Assembly (NCBI GenBank): GCA_964496765.1
Contig: CAZCAP010000007.1
Coordinates: 17,759-37,808 of the forward strand
From: an uncultured archaeon
GTDB taxonomy: Archaea > Iainarchaeota > Iainarchaeia > Iainarchaeales > CSSED10-239
Reading direction: 5' to 3'
Length of the DNA stretch: 20,050 nt
In this document: one piece after another, positions 18,600-20,050 of the stretch
How positions within the stretch are numbered: the first letter of the stretch is position 1
How the letters are laid out: every line of letters begins with the position of its first letter
Made by a program: the position numbers and the translations under genes
The notes under the pieces: model-generated
What the model was told of the DNA's origin: nothing
Seen by the model: the letters and a program-made list of their open reading frames with translations, nothing else
Databases searched by the model: none

Positions 18600-18872
18600 A
18601 TGGATAACAGCCAGCTAATAGCAAAGATACTTAGAAGTAAACTTAAACAAAAAGTATTATTAGAGATAAGTAAAGAAAAGGTTACACAAGCACAGTTATC
18701 CAAAAGATTTAATCTATACAGAAGTCATATTAATGAACTAATTACTGACTTATTAAAATCTAATCTAATTATTTGCCTTAATCCTAAAGATAGGGATTAT
18801 AAATTTTATGAGATAACCAAATTAGGCAAAGATATCTTAGCTTCTGTGGATAAGATAAAGAAAGAATTATAG
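18600..18872 (+). CDS. Small winged-helix transcriptional regulator (MarR/ArsR-like)
   Basis: LRSKLKQKVLLEISKEKVTQAQLSKRFNLYRSHINELITDLLKSNLIICLNPKDRDYKFYEITKLGKDIL: wHTH pattern including wing. Confidence 0.75.
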   Translation: MDNSQLIAKILRSKLKQKVLLEISKEKVTQAQLSKRFNLYRSHINELITDLLKSNLIICLNPKDRDYKFYEITKLGKDILASVDKIKKEL

Positions 18873-19184
18873 TTTATAGATTAGGACTACCTACTCTCAA
18901 GGAGAGGTCTTCTATCTCCATTATTTGCTTCTTTTTGAGTGTTTATGTTTGTTAACTAATAGGTAATCTACAATTGTCTCTATATATATTGCGTGTATAT
19001 ATCTTATTGTGTGTATATATTATATATATATTAGACTGTTGATTTATGTTCTCTTATTCTCTAGTTTGTTTACTTTTTCTAAGAGATTACCTTACCCAAT
19101 ATATTAATTACATAAATTACACTATTTGCTAATAGTTAATAGTTGGGCATCTCCTTCTAAGATACACTGCCTTCACAAGCTACA

Positions 19185-19956
19185 CTAATTACTAATAAAA
19201 ATATTCAAATAAGCTATTAACTTCTCTGAATAGAACTTATCTGCTAACATCTGTCTTGAAAGATAATGATTACTACCTACTGAATTAGCAGTTCTGCCTT
19301 GATAATAATCTGCTATTGATTCTGGAACCCCTAATTCAATACATTTAGTATAGAACCACTTTCTACAATATTTTATTGGTATTAATTTCTTTCTTTTTAT
19401 TTCTGCTTCTAAGCTTCCTACAGATAATTGCTTGTGGTCTGTGGACAATCTATTATATACTCCCAAAGGTAGATAACAAAAGTAACTATTCTTATTATGT
19501 CTTAGATAGTTCATAGTAATCTTAGTGAATCCATCTAATTGTTGACACTTCAAGCTATCTATTTTTTCTAAAAGATACTCTCCCTCTACTTTTCTTACTC
19601 CTGATACAAGATACATTAGATATATTAGTTTATTTTTAGTAGTTAGTTTGAATAGGGTTTGTTGTATCTCATTATCTGTTGGAACATAAGTATCTTGCTT
19701 TGATGGATTAGAAAAGTTAAGTAGTTTCTTTATAGGTAAGATATCTGTTTCTGTGACTTTATGTTTCTCTTGTAGATATTTCAATAACAAGGATACAAGA
19801 ATAACTGTATATCTTGTTTCTTTTATCTTACTTATGTTCTTCAGTAGATAATCCATTAGTTCTTGAAAATCATACGTATGTTTTGGGAAAATAAGAGGTA
19901 TTTTGTTGATTAGGTCTCTCTTGTATTGCTTACAGAAGTCTTGGTCGTTAATCCAC
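19185..19956 (-). CDS. int(C): C-terminal catalytic fragment of partitioned SSV-type tyrosine integrase
   Basis: Catalytic-type segments SGVRKVEG and IKYCRKWFYTKCIELGVPESIADYYQGRTANSVGSNHYLSRQMLADKFY. The open frame continues upstream of the annotated ATG (19856) through 19956 and across the att repeat to the window edge. Confidence 0.92.
19868..19883. repeat. AATCATACGTATGTTT, copy 2
   Basis: 16-bp perfect match to 11176-11191; inside the int(C) reading frame. Confidence 0.7.
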
Positions 19957-20045
19957 TGTTTAAAGCCACTTACAGCAAACTGCTGACCAGAATTAGAGAT
20001 GCCTCGAACCAGATTTGGACTGGCGGTCTCCAGATTATGAGTCTG
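19957..20045. repeat. Right att repeat (89 bp)
   Basis: Perfect copy of 10974-11062; joined to the 5' half of the tRNA gene, which continues beyond the window. Confidence 0.97.
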
Positions 20046-20050
20046 GCGCT
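20000..20050 (-). tRNA. 3' part of tRNA with CAT anticodon (elongator Met or Ile-CAT), truncated by the window edge
   Basis: Minus strand AGC G CCAGA CTCATAA TCTGG AGACC GCCAG TCCAAAT CTGGT TCGAGGC A: anticodon arm, 5-nt variable loop, T arm, 3' acceptor strand and discriminator. Confidence 0.88.

Larger units (their letters stand above)
10974..20045. mobile_element. Integrated SSV-type element (period 8,983 bp) in a CAT-anticodon tRNA gene
   Basis: Bounded by an 89-bp perfect direct repeat containing the tRNA 3' portion, with int(N) at the left end and int(C) at the right end that rejoin in frame in the predicted circle; internal SF3 helicase and accessory genes. Confidence 0.93.

Noticed and set aside
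19185-19856. Annotated 224-aa ORF as a complete integrase starting at ATG 19856
   Set aside because: The frame stays open upstream through att, and the missing N-terminus lies at the opposite end of the element.
10974-20045. Composite transposon or IS element flanked by direct repeats
   Set aside because: There is no DDE or HUH transposase and no terminal inverted repeats. The repeats are tRNA-derived att sites next to a tyrosine recombinase.
10829-20050. CRISPR array
   Set aside because: No regularly spaced repeats were found; the only long repeats are the two 89-bp att copies and the 16-bp pair.

Overview
The window is AT-rich and archaeal-looking (DPANN-like by inference). It has two parts. 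(1) Positions 1 to about 10,973 are an ordinary host region: a DUF87/HerA-like ATPase, an MFS transporter, tRNA-Glu(CTC), small membrane proteins, an LMW-PTP-like phosphatase, a P-type Ca2+-like ATPase, a coiled-coil protein and an SfsA-like protein. (2) From about 10,974 to 20,045 there is an integrated mobile element bounded by an 89-bp perfect direct repeat (10974-11062 and 19957-20045, period 8,983 bp). The repeat holds the 3' 46 nt of a CAT-anticodon tRNA plus 43 bp of its 3' flank. The main finding is that the two terminal ORFs are halves of one SSV-type tyrosine integrase gene. Joining 11251->11063, one 89-bp att copy, and 19956->19185 (all minus strand) gives an uninterrupted 1,050-nt, 349-aa ORF that reads in frame through the tRNA-derived att. 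Its N-terminus resembles a ribbon-helix-helix domain. A 16-bp repeat centred on the palindrome CATACGTATG lies on each side of attP, inside the gene. Cargo includes a probable wHTH protein, an SF3/D5-like helicase without an obvious primase, a four-helix-bundle S23 protein, an AlbA_2 (Schlafen-like) protein, a membrane-anchored VRR-NUC + HIRAN protein, a Cys-motif surface protein and a small wHTH regulator. The AlbA_2 / TM-VRR-NUC-HIRAN / surface-protein group is the best candidate for an undescribed accessory or defence module, but that function is only inferred.
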